Shown: in pieces, positions 29,795-41,830 of the stretch
How positions within the stretch are numbered: position 1 is the first letter of the stretch
Layout of the letters: every line of letters starts with the position of its first letter
Source: a virus
Reading direction: 5' to 3' (one strand)
DNA: 64,000 bases
Virus record (IMG/VR): IMGVR_UViG_3300042346_001592
Coordinates: 1 to 64,000 of that record
Made by a program: the position numbers and the translations under genes
The notes under the pieces: model-generated
What the model was told of the DNA's origin: nothing
The model's input: only the letters and a program-made list of their open reading frames with translations
Databases searched by the model: none

Positions 29795-32047
29795 TTATTT
29801 ATTATTTGCCCAAAACTCGTTGTCAGATAAAAGATATAGATATAAATCTTCAATATTAATACCTTGTCTATTTAAATTTGGTGAGCTGATTATACCTCTG
29901 TATTCACCATAAAATATACTTCTAAACTCTGTAAGATCCTCTGAGTTTGATAGACTTGGAATCTTTTCATAGATCCATCCACCGTATTTCGGCGCTGAAC
30001 TAACTATAAATCTTCTCACTGCACCGGTATCTGGTAATTTGAGCCAAAGCATACTGAATAATTTGAAAATATTTAACAGGTCATCTTCACTACATTCGTA
30101 TTCTTGGCACCAGTTCCTAAAATCTTCTTTGATTTCATCAATACGCTCAGGTGTCAATGTTGATTCAATCGATTTTTTTGCACTATTAATAAATCTCAAT
30201 ATTTTTTCAGGATCTGATTCATTCACTAAATTTTCGATCTCAGCCTTTGTAAATTTAGTCAAGTCTTCTGATAGCCTTTTGGAAAATTCAATAAGTGATA
30301 TTCTCCAGTTTTTTTCCGAATTTGTAATTCTATCCAATGAGTTGCTTTTTAACTCTTCAAAATTCAGTAGATTGTTTTCAGATCCATAGTAAGATCGATC
30401 ATACCAAATACTATCAAAAACACTACGAAATTCTGGTCGCTCGATACAATCCTCTATACCAAGTAGTTTGGCGTCTATTTGTAAAATAGTATCTTTATAT
30501 ACAAATTTATTTATATCACCAATCATCAGATTTACAGAATGAACACGGCTATCATTAGAAAATTTTCTGAAAATTTTATTCCAATTAATATTCCAAACAC
30601 CAATACTAAACATTTTAGGCCAAAGTTCATTTCCAGGTAACCTTACAAGATCTTTTTCTTTATACCATCTAAATTTAGATACTGATCTTTCCCATGTACT
30701 GTTTTTAGTTGTTGGGATGCTTGTCAGATCTATTCCTAGATAATCTTTATAATCATTCTTTCCCAAAACTTTCAGCTGCATATAATCTTTTACGTCTTGT
30801 CCTATCAGGCGCTCGAGCTTTATCCATGGGTAATCTTTTTCATTTCCGATATACTTTTCTATAGCAATATAAACATAATTTGCATCTACAAGACCTAAAT
30901 CTAACATATTTATAGCTACATGTTTACTAATCCAAGTATTGTGAAAAGTTGATCCTACAGCATCTTCACGAATTAACCAAGAATTGTATAGTTTTGAATA
31001 AACACATAAATTTTTTGGCCATAACAGGGTCATACCATACACTTGAACTAACTCATCAGGTAGGTAATATCTACCTAATTTCTCGATATATGTATAAGAA
31101 GTTTCTGGTTTGCCAGTTCTGTGGTTTCTGAGCTTGAATATAATTTTACCACTAGATTCTTTTGGCTCTTCACTATGTAATACACCAGAGCCTTCTACTA
31201 ACTTATTATCAACTAGGTCATGAACAAGCCACAGAAGAGTATCCATGTAGGGATATTCATTATAAATCGTCTTTTGTAAACTTACTTGTATTGGAACTGG
31301 TGAAAGGCCGTTGAGGTCTCTGAAAATAGGATTTTTTAAATTTAATTTAAGCCACCTTTTACTTTCGTTAGTTATATCATCAGAGTTAGAATATATTCTA
31401 TCTACAAAAATTGAATCACCAACTTTCCAAAGAAGAGCTCGGGATATTAGTTTTTTTTCTCCTTGAAAATTCAGGTCTGTTAAGATCATCATAGATACTT
31501 TATCCGGATTATCACTATAGAAGTTCATTCTTGAGTTCACTGATGACGTTTTCATACAGGAGTTTCCGAGCTGATAGAGACCACCGGACATATAATTTTT
31601 TTCTAAATACCAAAAATTAATATCTTTACCACGAACTATAGAAAATTCTCTTGGGTTATATTTTGAGTTCCATACAGATTTGTAACTATTTACAAAATCC
31701 TCGATATCGGGTTCTGTGAATTGGATACTGTTATCAGCCAAAATACTTCTCGCAAATCTACCAATATTAGCCTCTGTTTTTGTTCTTGATGAAAGATCCT
31801 CTCCTTGTGATTTGTATCTTTGATATTGAAGATCTTGTAAATAGGATATTTTATCACTAGAAGTACCCGTTGATAAGTAGTTGTAGTTTGTTTTGATATC
31901 TTGCTCGTTATCAATCCAATCTATGAGTGTTTTTTCTATTTTACTCTTTGAATCGATAGATCCTAAAATCTTCCGAAATTCAGGATCGACCTCAAGTATT
32001 GATTCTAAAAGTAGATAGTTTGTGAAGTCCCGGTATTTTGTTCTCAT
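29795..32047 (-). CDS. Large hypothetical protein, SCM-RALxW-DRIY family, paralog 1
   Basis: LGNSCMK...LISRALLW...DRIYS...YPYMD; N-terminal third clearly similar to neighbour. Confidence 0.75.
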   Translation of the reverse strand: MRTKYRDFTNYLLLESILEVDPEFRKILGSIDSKSKIEKTLIDWIDNEQDIKTNYNYLSTGTSSDKISYLQDLQYQRYKSQGEDLSSRTKTEANIGRFARSILADNSIQFTEPDIEDFVNSYKSVWNSKYNPREFSIVRGKDINFWYLEKNYMSGGLYQLGNSCMKTSSVNSRMNFYSDNPDKVSMMILTDLNFQGEKKLISRALLWKVGDSIFVDRIYSNSDDITNESKRWLKLNLKNPIFRDLNGLSPVPIQVSLQKTIYNEYPYMDTLLWLVHDLVDNKLVEGSGVLHSEEPKESSGKIIFKLRNHRTGKPETSYTYIEKLGRYYLPDELVQVYGMTLLWPKNLCVYSKLYNSWLIREDAVGSTFHNTWISKHVAINMLDLGLVDANYVYIAIEKYIGNEKDYPWIKLERLIGQDVKDYMQLKVLGKNDYKDYLGIDLTSIPTTKNSTWERSVSKFRWYKEKDLVRLPGNELWPKMFSIGVWNINWNKIFRKFSNDSRVHSVNLMIGDINKFVYKDTILQIDAKLLGIEDCIERPEFRSVFDSIWYDRSYYGSENNLLNFEELKSNSLDRITNSEKNWRISLIEFSKRLSEDLTKFTKAEIENLVNESDPEKILRFINSAKKSIESTLTPERIDEIKEDFRNWCQEYECSEDDLLNIFKLFSMLWLKLPDTGAVRRFIVSSAPKYGGWIYEKIPSLSNSEDLTEFRSIFYGEYRGIISSPNLNRQGINIEDLYLYLLSDNEFWANNK

Positions 32048-32057
32048 AAAAATTAAA

Positions 32058-34061
32058 TTAAGTACATGAACCTAAGTCGGCTATTCTATTTTCATTACTA
32101 TCCTCGCCAAATCTCCCTTTCTGTATAGCAAAGAAATCATTACATAGCGCCTGGCTAAATCGTGTGTTCCAATAAATTACACTAGCTATTTCAACATTGT
32201 TGTTTGTTTCACCAATAACTATATTTGAAGTGTCATCCGCTGTGGGATTTCCCGGGTTGTTTTCTAAAAGTTGACCAGATACCAAATCTTGATTTGCTCC
32301 GTTATGTGAGAAGATATAAACATTAACGGTCGCTAGATTTAATCCAGTAACAAAAATATTATACCAACGATTAGACGTTGGACTACTTGGTGTTGTATAG
32401 GTCCATCTACCAGATGTGCCATCATCAGTGGCTCGAAAATCAAAGCTAATTAGTAAAGAACCTAATTCTATCGTATTTCTACCTTTACTAAAAATAGCTG
32501 AATCTGTCGAGATATTTCCAAATCTTACCCAGAGTGATAAACAAAATGGTGCGGTGAAAAAATTATTTATCACAGATTTATGAGTAATGGTTATCTGCTT
32601 GGCGGTATAAGTGGGCTTATGTCCTTGCCAAGTAAAGAAAGCATTAGTTCCGTGAAGATCATTTCCAGATATATCTGTCCATTGAGTAGCTCCGGGTGTA
32701 GAGGTTTTTGTTCCGGTATCTAGAGCAATTTTTATATTGGAATTTCTTATTTTACTATTAAGTGCGTATCTCAAAAAATTTTCTCTAATAGCATCATCAC
32801 CATAATTGACCGGATAGTATGATAGGTATTGGAAATTTTTATAGGCATTCTCTGTATTACTGTTAAGGTGGTATAAAACACTAGCTGTTGCTTGTGAGAT
32901 ATTTGTAAAAGGGCCAGCGAAATTAGCTGGTGTGGGATTATTAGTATGAACCCATTTACCATTTATGTAAGTTTTCCAATCAGAATTATTAGACCTAACA
33001 ACACTAATAAAATACCATGTATTTAAGGAAATAGTCGCTGAGTCTAGTGTGTAATCTTGTCTGCTATTTACACCATCTTGTCTATTCCAAGACATTGTAA
33101 GTTTGGTGTTACTACCGGTATTTCTATAACCAAGTCCCCAATACATGGTCGAAGTGTCTGGTTGACCACCAGATTTAACAAAAAAATTATTGTAATTTGT
33201 GGCATGATTAGTAGCCATAACATACATATTGAGTGTCCAACTTGTTGGTTCTAGACCACTTGACATACAAAAACCAGTATCACTTGGTATTTCGAATGCT
33301 AATAACCCACCACCAGTTGTTGCAAAATATCCACCTTCAAAATCCCAGTCACCAAGCAATTCATTTGATGAACCTATATTTCCGTGAGTAAGACCTGCCA
33401 AATTATATATTTTACCAGTCAATTGAGCACCCGGAACCATAGGTGTCGATGGTATAAATGAACTATCAAAAATTCGACTAGCTGTATTTGCAATTATTGG
33501 TGGATAAAATTTATTCACTACAACTCTATTTCCTGCGGTTCCACCCAAATAACTATTAGCATCATCTGTGATTAGCTGATCGGCATACCACTTGAAAGTC
33601 GTTACTAACTTAGCACGTGAAATGTTAATATCGGTGACTAAACCGTCAGTATAAAGACCAATTTGAGGACTTATACCCGATCCAGTATATCCTGAGAAAT
33701 ACTGAGTAAATTTAATAAGGTTATACCAGGGTTTATAAGGTGGAGACGCTTCAACATACTCCTGATCGGCGTTGGGTATATCTTTTGCGTCGGTTATAAG
33801 ATAGCAACTTGGTCCAAAACAATTATTTATTGAATCTTTATGAATATAGACAACATAAGTTTGATCTTCGAAACCGGTGATACCCGAAACCGATGATTGA
33901 AATGCTTGTGGATTCAAACCACCTCTAAACGTTCCCCAAGCACCCGTTGGATTATTACCCGCGTCAGAAAAGGCAAAATTACCAACTCTGATTGCATGTG
34001 GTGGATAACCCGGACTCGAAGCAGTATAATGAAGTATCTGATTGGGTATTGTTAGTGACAT
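32058..34061 (-). CDS. LamG/concanavalin A-like domain virion protein
   Basis: NTWYFISVVR...KTYING and W.DISGN..HGT, SLWV...RWYNI motifs. Confidence 0.7.
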   Translation of the reverse strand: MSLTIPNQILHYTASSPGYPPHAIRVGNFAFSDAGNNPTGAWGTFRGGLNPQAFQSSVSGITGFEDQTYVVYIHKDSINNCFGPSCYLITDAKDIPNADQEYVEASPPYKPWYNLIKFTQYFSGYTGSGISPQIGLYTDGLVTDINISRAKLVTTFKWYADQLITDDANSYLGGTAGNRVVVNKFYPPIIANTASRIFDSSFIPSTPMVPGAQLTGKIYNLAGLTHGNIGSSNELLGDWDFEGGYFATTGGGLLAFEIPSDTGFCMSSGLEPTSWTLNMYVMATNHATNYNNFFVKSGGQPDTSTMYWGLGYRNTGSNTKLTMSWNRQDGVNSRQDYTLDSATISLNTWYFISVVRSNNSDWKTYINGKWVHTNNPTPANFAGPFTNISQATASVLYHLNSNTENAYKNFQYLSYYPVNYGDDAIRENFLRYALNSKIRNSNIKIALDTGTKTSTPGATQWTDISGNDLHGTNAFFTWQGHKPTYTAKQITITHKSVINNFFTAPFCLSLWVRFGNISTDSAIFSKGRNTIELGSLLISFDFRATDDGTSGRWTYTTPSSPTSNRWYNIFVTGLNLATVNVYIFSHNGANQDLVSGQLLENNPGNPTADDTSNIVIGETNNNVEIASVIYWNTRFSQALCNDFFAIQKGRFGEDSNENRIADLGSCT

Positions 34062-34103
34062 AGTGTTCTTTTTCTATATATATAAAAATTGTGAAGTAAA
34101 ATT

Positions 34104-35270
34104 CTACGTAGGTGTTCTACCACAAAATGGATAATTTCTATAACCAGCAACTGAGATACTTCCTGGCATAAAAACTTGACCCATAGTTTTTGTCATACTT
34201 ATTATCTCTGGTATTCTATACGAACTAGGGGCCTGTGTGGTGTGGCCTAAATGAGAGCAATTGTATGCGTTGAATTCTGAGTAGTGGTCATCTCCCCAAA
34301 AATCATAGATATTTGTATCTTGTCTGAGTGAGGGATATCTAAAACCAGTTATGATAGAATTAGATAACCCACTCGGATAAAAATCAATATTCAAGTTTGT
34401 TCCTTGAACAAGTGAATTTCTGAAATTTAAAACTCTTCCTTGATCAAAATTTCTAGAGCGTAAATTTCCAAAAATTGTATTATAGTAAATATCTTGATTT
34501 TCTGAAGGTATATGACCTACATACTTGAAATTACTATCTTGTAAAGAACTTATATCGTTTTCATTTGTTTGTGAATTTGTGCTACCTATTTGATCATCAG
34601 CAAATCCATTGAGTTCATCAAAGGGATCACAAAGGCTTATTTTAGCAACCATGTATTGATCCGAGCTTCCTTGATCGAAGGGATTCCCTAACCATTTGTT
34701 ACCACCTTCTGGACCTATAAATATTTTAAGACCACCTCTTCGCATTACTGGTTTTGCTACTGAAACATCACCGGTAGTTTGTGAAGGGGTTGCGTTCCAG
34801 GAGTGTGATAAACCCATAATACCATAACCTATAAAGAAATTCTGTGACATAGATGTTGGTTCTACCGGAACACATCCTATAAAAAGTATTTCACCAAACC
34901 AATTGAAATTATTATCTCCACTCGCTGGTAATGGATCATTCGTATAATCCGTGAAAGAAGCTGTAAAACTTTTGCCAAAATAACTCGAACGAGCTACATC
35001 AACACCTCTCAGCCTATATGAACTATTGAATTGTGATGAATTATTTATTCTTACACCACTAACTATGGCATTACTTAGATCAAAATTACGAATACTTGTT
35101 CCATAGACTAAGGAATTAGTTCCTGAATTGAAAATATCTTTACCGATAGTAAGTGATCTAGAGCTGAATGAAAGACCACGAGAATATAATTCATCGACTT
35201 TTCTAAGTCTAACTGAGTTTGTTGAATCTTGCCTTACTGGTGCCATCCAAAGTATATATTTAGATTTCAA
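34104..35270 (-). CDS. Hypothetical, possible structural protein
   Basis: 388 aa S/G/N-rich; TTG start uncertain. Confidence 0.55.
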   Translation of the reverse strand: MKSKYILWMAPVRQDSTNSVRLRKVDELYSRGLSFSSRSLTIGKDIFNSGTNSLVYGTSIRNFDLSNAIVSGVRINNSSQFNSSYRLRGVDVARSSYFGKSFTASFTDYTNDPLPASGDNNFNWFGEILFIGCVPVEPTSMSQNFFIGYGIMGLSHSWNATPSQTTGDVSVAKPVMRRGGLKIFIGPEGGNKWLGNPFDQGSSDQYMVAKISLCDPFDELNGFADDQIGSTNSQTNENDISSLQDSNFKYVGHIPSENQDIYYNTIFGNLRSRNFDQGRVLNFRNSLVQGTNLNIDFYPSGLSNSIITGFRYPSLRQDTNIYDFWGDDHYSEFNAYNCSHLGHTTQAPSSYRIPEIISMTKTMGQVFMPGSISVAGYRNYPFCGRTPT

Positions 35271-35313
35271 TTCACATCAACTTTATTGAAAAAATAGATA
35301 TGAATAATCTATT

Positions 35314-35330
35314 TTGGCACAGAATTTGAT
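35314..35330 (+). promoter_or_regulatory. Sigma54-like -24/-12 element upstream of groES
   Basis: TTGGCACAGAATTTGAT versus consensus TGGCAC-N5-TTGC (one mismatch at -12). Confidence 0.45.
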
Positions 35331-35358
35331 AGACAAAAAATAAAAAAAAATAAACTAT

Positions 35359-35637
35359 ATGGAACAAATGAACTTTAAACCTATTGGAGATAGGGTTCTG
35401 GTAGAACCCAGCCAACAAGAAGAAAAAACAGCTGGTGGTCTTTTTATCCCAGACACCGCTAAAGAAAAACCAACAACCGGAACAGTTGTAGCTGTCGGTC
35501 CCGGAAAAAAAGATGAACCAATGACATTGGTCGTAGGTGATACGGTGGTATTTAACAAATACTCCGGTACAGAATTCAAGTTTGAGGGTAAAAATTACCT
35601 AATTATGAAAGAATCTGACATTTTTGCAACAATCTAA
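35359..35637 (+). CDS. groES: Co-chaperonin GroES
   Basis: KPIGDRVLV...[24 protein letters not shown]. Confidence 0.97.
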   Translation: MEQMNFKPIGDRVLVEPSQQEEKTAGGLFIPDTAKEKPTTGTVVAVGPGKKDEPMTLVVGDTVVFNKYSGTEFKFEGKNYLIMKESDIFATI

Positions 35638-35654
35638 AAAAAAATAAAAAATAA

Positions 35655-37283
<1,629 letters not shown>

Positions 37284-37304
37284 GATTTTTTTTCTATTAT
37301 CAAG

Positions 37305-37337
37305 AAAACCTCATCTCGAAAGGGATGAGGTTTTTTT
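37305..37337 (+). terminator. Rho-independent terminator after groEL (possibly bidirectional)
   Basis: AAAACCTCATCTC-GAAA-GGGATGAGGTTTTTTT with GNRA loop. Confidence 0.85.
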
Positions 37338-37341
37338 CATT

Positions 37342-37884
37342 TCATGATCCCAAAGATCTTACAAAACGATCGAATCGAGTAATCAAAGACTCTGTGATTA
37401 TTTCTGGAGATTTGATAATATCATTCAAAAAACGTTTAAGATCATAAGTATCATAAGAGCTTTCATAGGTGTTTTGTATTTGTTTTATTTGTGAACCAGA
37501 TTTAAATAAAACAAAAACTCTATGACAAGTAAGTTCATTGGAACTCCCGACTAGACCTGATCTTACTATATTTCTAATATCTTCACTATTTTTAGAAACA
37601 ACTTTAAGTTGCCAATCACATTTTTTTTGTAATAGTTTGACTTGTTCATCATCTTTTCTTTGATTATCTGAAGTTATGTAATAGGTAATTATTTTAATAT
37701 TTAATTTTGTTGAAAAATCATTTTTAGCCTCTAAAAGATTCACCCAGTGGTTATCGTTTTCGGTTTTATTTTTACTACATTCGATATTTGTGAAATGAAG
37801 AATAGTAACTCCAATATTCGAATTAGTAGATACTGATGGTTCACCTAGTTCATTCTCTGATAAATTAATAGTTTTGTAGATCAT
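37342..37884 (-). CDS. Hypothetical protein (probable start MIYKTIN at 37884)
   Basis: Track start 37941 collides with the divergent gene start; TATATATA at 37905-37912 lies 20 nt upstream of ATG 37884. Confidence 0.55.
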   Translation of the reverse strand: MIYKTINLSENELGEPSVSTNSNIGVTILHFTNIECSKNKTENDNHWVNLLEAKNDFSTKLNIKIITYYITSDNQRKDDEQVKLLQKKCDWQLKVVSKNSEDIRNIVRSGLVGSSNELTCHRVFVLFKSGSQIKQIQNTYESSYDTYDLKRFLNDIIKSPEIITESLITRFDRFVRSLGS

Positions 37885-37940
37885 CTTGGATTGCTCTAAT
37901 TTGATATATATATTCAAATCAAAAGATACTATTTCTTTCA

Positions 37941-39338
37941 ATGTTTGAAAACACTATAAAATACGAAACCAGTCTAAGTAGAGCACATAATAGTTCATAT
38001 AGTGATGTTCTTTTTCACTTTACGCGCACAACACCCGCTGCAATTCCTATAAATTTCTCAAATTCTTATTTTTATGATCTTTTAGCAAGTGGATTTGGTA
38101 CATTTTCTGGTGTGGCCTATAGTTTTTCAAAAAAAATTAGATTTGGTATTACAAACGGACCACATGAGGATCCCGACATTACAAACTTAAGTATCTACGG
38201 ATTTACATCAATCGACAGTGATTTTAGAAATTTTGAACTTGCTGGTGCTTCTAATAATTTATCACTGAACGTATTTACCACAAAAGTAGGTCTACAAGAT
38301 TTTTTATGCTTTACTTTTTCACATATTGGAACTGCTTGGTCGGCTTCTGACCAATTCACAATACTATGTAAAGGAACTGTAGTAACTTGTCCGATATTGT
38401 GGGATTATCATGCTCATAAATTTTTTGCTGATTCTGGATTTACACAAAGTAGTGTTGGGGATCAAATAAGAACTTCTGTAACAAGATTAGTTTGTGATTT
38501 GAAATCTAAGTATTTATGGAACAAACTAGTTTGTTTATATCCATTCGTTGGTGGCACATCAGAATCACATAAATGGAACTTAAAAAATACACAAACATAT
38601 TCACTAGTTTACTCTTCTGATAGTATTGGAACTGTTTCACATCATTTTGATGGCGCGCAAATAACAACTCCGTCGAATGGTTTTATGAATACTGGATTTC
38701 CTCTAAGACCCGAAACAAGAGATTTAGCTATGGGTGTTTATACCAATCAACTAGTTAATTATAATTGGCCTTTTAATCCAACATATTCTGTTGGAAATCT
38801 GATGGGTAGTTTTACTACTTCTACTTCTATATCAGGTGGTCAATTACATTATTCTATATCAACGTTCAATATTACAGGTAATATTGGACTTCCTAGAGTG
38901 GTCTATATGGATGTAGATCCTGTTTATTTGAGAGGCCGATTCAGCACACAACTAAGCACCAACCTAGGAAATAACACACCAACTGATAGAGGTGGACTCT
39001 GGGCTATGGCTAGATTGGGCTCTACTTTTAGCTATACTGGTCTTATGATACCGGGTATTATCCAACTGAACACTCAAAGATGGTATCATCCCTTTGAATC
39101 TCAAGTTCTTAATGGTCTTAAAAATACTTTTGGTAGAAAAAGAGTATATTTAGAATCAACACTAGGATTGAATTATTTTACATCTTCTATTTTTATTGGC
39201 AACATAAGTGGCACACTTTCTGCGCCATCAAATCAAAAAATAAGAAGTGCTTTTATTGGATTTAGTATGTCGGCCATGGATCTACTCTATATGTCAGAAA
39301 TACTTACTAAATTCAACCACTCTCTCAATCGTGAATAA
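37941..39338 (+). CDS. Putative virion structural/fibre-associated protein
   Basis: LV.DLK...LW.KL..LYPFVGGT..SH..NL motif seen in phage fibre-like proteins; S/T-rich. Confidence 0.5.
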   Translation: MFENTIKYETSLSRAHNSSYSDVLFHFTRTTPAAIPINFSNSYFYDLLASGFGTFSGVAYSFSKKIRFGITNGPHEDPDITNLSIYGFTSIDSDFRNFELAGASNNLSLNVFTTKVGLQDFLCFTFSHIGTAWSASDQFTILCKGTVVTCPILWDYHAHKFFADSGFTQSSVGDQIRTSVTRLVCDLKSKYLWNKLVCLYPFVGGTSESHKWNLKNTQTYSLVYSSDSIGTVSHHFDGAQITTPSNGFMNTGFPLRPETRDLAMGVYTNQLVNYNWPFNPTYSVGNLMGSFTTSTSISGGQLHYSISTFNITGNIGLPRVVYMDVDPVYLRGRFSTQLSTNLGNNTPTDRGGLWAMARLGSTFSYTGLMIPGIIQLNTQRWYHPFESQVLNGLKNTFGRKRVYLESTLGLNYFTSSIFIGNISGTLSAPSNQKIRSAFIGFSMSAMDLLYMSEILTKFNHSLNRE

Positions 39339-39375
39339 TATAGAATCGATAGTCTAAAAACAAGATATATAAATT

Positions 39376-40221
39376 ATGCCAAGTAAAAAACAAGACTCTA
39401 CCAATTCAAAAAGAGAATGGGGTGTAGGTGGGTATGGGTTTGAAAATCCATTTGGTTTGGTTGCTAGTAATGATTCCTTACATATTGGTTTTTCGAATAC
39501 TTACTCCTATCTTATTCAATCTGGTGAATCTGGTTGGGGCCATCTCGGTGTTGGTATGAACCCATTCATTGATTATGGGCAAAAATGGTATAATACTATA
39601 GTCTCTGATGGTGTAATAGAAAAGAGCTCGAAATTCAATTTTTATTCTACACTTGAAGTAAAAAATATTCCCTATCAATGGGGACCACCATGGGGGTTAA
39701 GTGTTTCAACTACTTATACAGGTAGATTTCTCAGAACGCAATATTACGAATCTCATTTAATTACAGGAAGCGTTTCTTTTATTAATAGTCAATCTCGTGT
39801 TTATTTCACTGAATTTCCACAGAGAGATGGAACGTTTCGTGTTCCTGATTGTGAGGCAAGAGCATATCGATTATTAGCTACCGTTAATGGAATTGAAAGA
39901 ACATCGATTACACAAAGTAGATCTTTTTCAGCTTACTGGGATATTACTTTCGGTATCAAAAATTTTGAATTTTGCCCAGGTGGATCAAGTATGGATTTTA
40001 TAGGTGGATCTTATTTGGATCAAGTCTACAAAACAAGTTTCTTAAGCACTGGAACTATTGGATTGACCTCAACGACACCTAATTTACAAGTAGAAACTCT
40101 GGGAAGTGGAGAATATACAATCTCTGCTTTTATAAGTGGAACCTATAATGTAATAGGTTCTGCTAAACTCACGACTGTAGATTCTGGTTCCCTAGTAACT
40201 ACCTATACAGAACCTGTTTAA
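39376..40221 (+). CDS. Hypothetical S/T/G-rich protein
   Basis: 281 aa ORF. Confidence 0.55.
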   Translation: MPSKKQDSTNSKREWGVGGYGFENPFGLVASNDSLHIGFSNTYSYLIQSGESGWGHLGVGMNPFIDYGQKWYNTIVSDGVIEKSSKFNFYSTLEVKNIPYQWGPPWGLSVSTTYTGRFLRTQYYESHLITGSVSFINSQSRVYFTEFPQRDGTFRVPDCEARAYRLLATVNGIERTSITQSRSFSAYWDITFGIKNFEFCPGGSSMDFIGGSYLDQVYKTSFLSTGTIGLTSTTPNLQVETLGSGEYTISAFISGTYNVIGSAKLTTVDSGSLVTTYTEPV

Positions 40222-40647
40222 TTATTCTACTTCAAGTAATTCAATTTCAAAATGAAGATTTTTACCTGCAAGTGGATGATTCATATTAAGGATAAATACA
40301 TCACCTATAATTTGATGAATTATAGCTGCTATTTGTAACCCTTTATCATCTTGACCTTCAACAATTTCACCAACTTGTGGATTAAAGTCGTTTGGAAATT
40401 CACTTTTCAAAACTCCTACAAACCCACCGGGCTCAACAAAACCATAGGCTTCAGAAGGACTGAGAACTATTTTTATTTTTTCACCAGTTGACATTTGAGC
40501 AACTGCTCTATCGAATCCCTCAATCATTTCTCCATCACCAAGGATGAACTCTAGTGGCTCACCAACTTTGTAGGAATTATCAAATTCTGTTCCATCGTCT
40601 AGTTTTCCTATATAATTTACTTTTACTTTTTTTCCGTTCTCAATCAT
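40222..40647 (-). CDS. FKBP-type peptidyl-prolyl isomerase (SlyD/SlpA-like)
   Basis: V.Y.GKL.DG.EFDNS, MIEGFD, P.EAYG, NHPLAGKNL.FEIEL. Confidence 0.92.
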   Translation of the reverse strand: MIENGKKVKVNYIGKLDDGTEFDNSYKVGEPLEFILGDGEMIEGFDRAVAQMSTGEKIKIVLSPSEAYGFVEPGGFVGVLKSEFPNDFNPQVGEIVEGQDDKGLQIAAIIHQIIGDVFILNMNHPLAGKNLHFEIELLEVE

Positions 40648-40910
40648 TTTTTGTTAGTTATTTTTGTTTTTATTTTTTCAATTTTTCTCAATCTTGATTT
40701 GATATTGTGTAAATCTTCATGACATTTTTGCGGTTGGAAGCATCCTTGACCACCACCCTCAACATATCCTATTCTATAGTCAATATGATGATAGAATGTA
40801 TAGGGAGATCTCAATCCACATATACCACACACATCGTATATATCTTGTTTTGTTTCCATAGCTAAAATAATTTCAAGAAGAAGTTTTTTCTGAAGTTTCT
40901 TTTTGTTCAA
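40644..40910 (-). CDS. Small Cys-containing hypothetical protein
   Basis: CGIC...HID.RIGYVEG.GQ.C. Confidence 0.55.
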   Translation of the reverse strand: MNKKKLQKKLLLEIILAMETKQDIYDVCGICGLRSPYTFYHHIDYRIGYVEGGGQGCFQPQKCHEDLHNIKSRLRKIEKIKTKITNKK

Positions 40911-41298
40911 TCATTTTCGATACTCTGCTTTTACCCTTCTCTCCGATAGGAATAGGGTTTCCCTCTTCGTCAATATGAACAAATTTAATATGAGTTCTCA
41001 AGATGTTTATTTGTTTTCCCGTATAAACATTATGAGCTCTAGCCTCTAAATAAAGAGTGATTGAGGTGTTTCCAATACTACTTGGATAACCATAAATTTT
41101 TATAAGGTTACCTTCTTTAGCTGGCTTTTCGAAAAAACATTCATCAATAGATACGGTCACCAATCTCGGTGAATCACAAAGCTGCATAGCATAACCAGCT
41201 GCCGCCGCGTCGATCCATTTCAAGAGTTGACCTCCAAAAAGATTTCCATGAAAACCAAGGTCTGATTTTTTTACAGGGTATATTGATAAACTTTCCAT
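40873..41298 (-). CDS. Acyl-CoA thioesterase (HotDog, YciA-like)
   Basis: HGNLFGGQLLKWID.AA, VTV.ID, GNTSI, FV.ID..G.P; probable start MESLS at 41298. Confidence 0.85.
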   Translation of the reverse strand: MESLSIYPVKKSDLGFHGNLFGGQLLKWIDAAAAGYAMQLCDSPRLVTVSIDECFFEKPAKEGNLIKIYGYPSSIGNTSITLYLEARAHNVYTGKQINILRTHIKFVHIDEEGNPIPIGEKGKSRVSKMIEQKETSEKTSS

Positions 41299-41335
41299 AT
41301 GTTTTTTACAAAAATAATACAAAAAGTTCTATATT

Positions 41336-41361
41336 AAACTTTTGCTCTGAAAAAAATATAT
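41336..41361 (+). promoter_or_regulatory. AAAC-N17-TATAT putative phage promoter
   Basis: AAAC 41336-41339, TATAT 41357-41361. Confidence 0.5.
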
Positions 41362-41367
41362 TTCTAT

Positions 41368-41817
41368 ATGAAGTCTTTACCTATACTTACTTACGAAAAA
41401 ATACACGAGGATGCTGTTTCTCCTCTTTATAACTACCCATCAGATTCTGGTTTCGATCTACATTCAATAGAAGATATACAAATATTACCACTTGGTAGAT
41501 ACCTAGCGCCTACCGGACTTAAACTAGGCATTCCAAAAGGTTACGAAGTTCAAGTTCGGACTAAAAGTGGATTAGCACTAAAACAAGGTCTTGTTGTTCT
41601 TAATAGTCCAGGAACCATCGATCAGGGATATACTGGTGAGATAAAAGTTATACTTTATAACTCAAGTCAAACAATTATAAGGGTAGAAAAAGGTCAAAAA
41701 ATAGCTCAAGCTTGCCTATGTCCAGTTGTTAGTGGTGGTGGATTGACCTTAGAACAAGTTCAAGAAGTTGAAGATAAGGAACGAGGTGACAATGGTTTCG
41801 GATCTACCGGAATCTAA
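41368..41817 (+). CDS. dut: Trimeric dUTPase
   Basis: SGFDL, R.KSGLA, NSPGTIDQGYTGEI, KIAQ, RGDNGFGSTG. Confidence 0.95.
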   Translation: MKSLPILTYEKIHEDAVSPLYNYPSDSGFDLHSIEDIQILPLGRYLAPTGLKLGIPKGYEVQVRTKSGLALKQGLVVLNSPGTIDQGYTGEIKVILYNSSQTIIRVEKGQKIAQACLCPVVSGGGLTLEQVQEVEDKERGDNGFGSTGI

Positions 41818-41830
41818 AAAAAATGAATAT

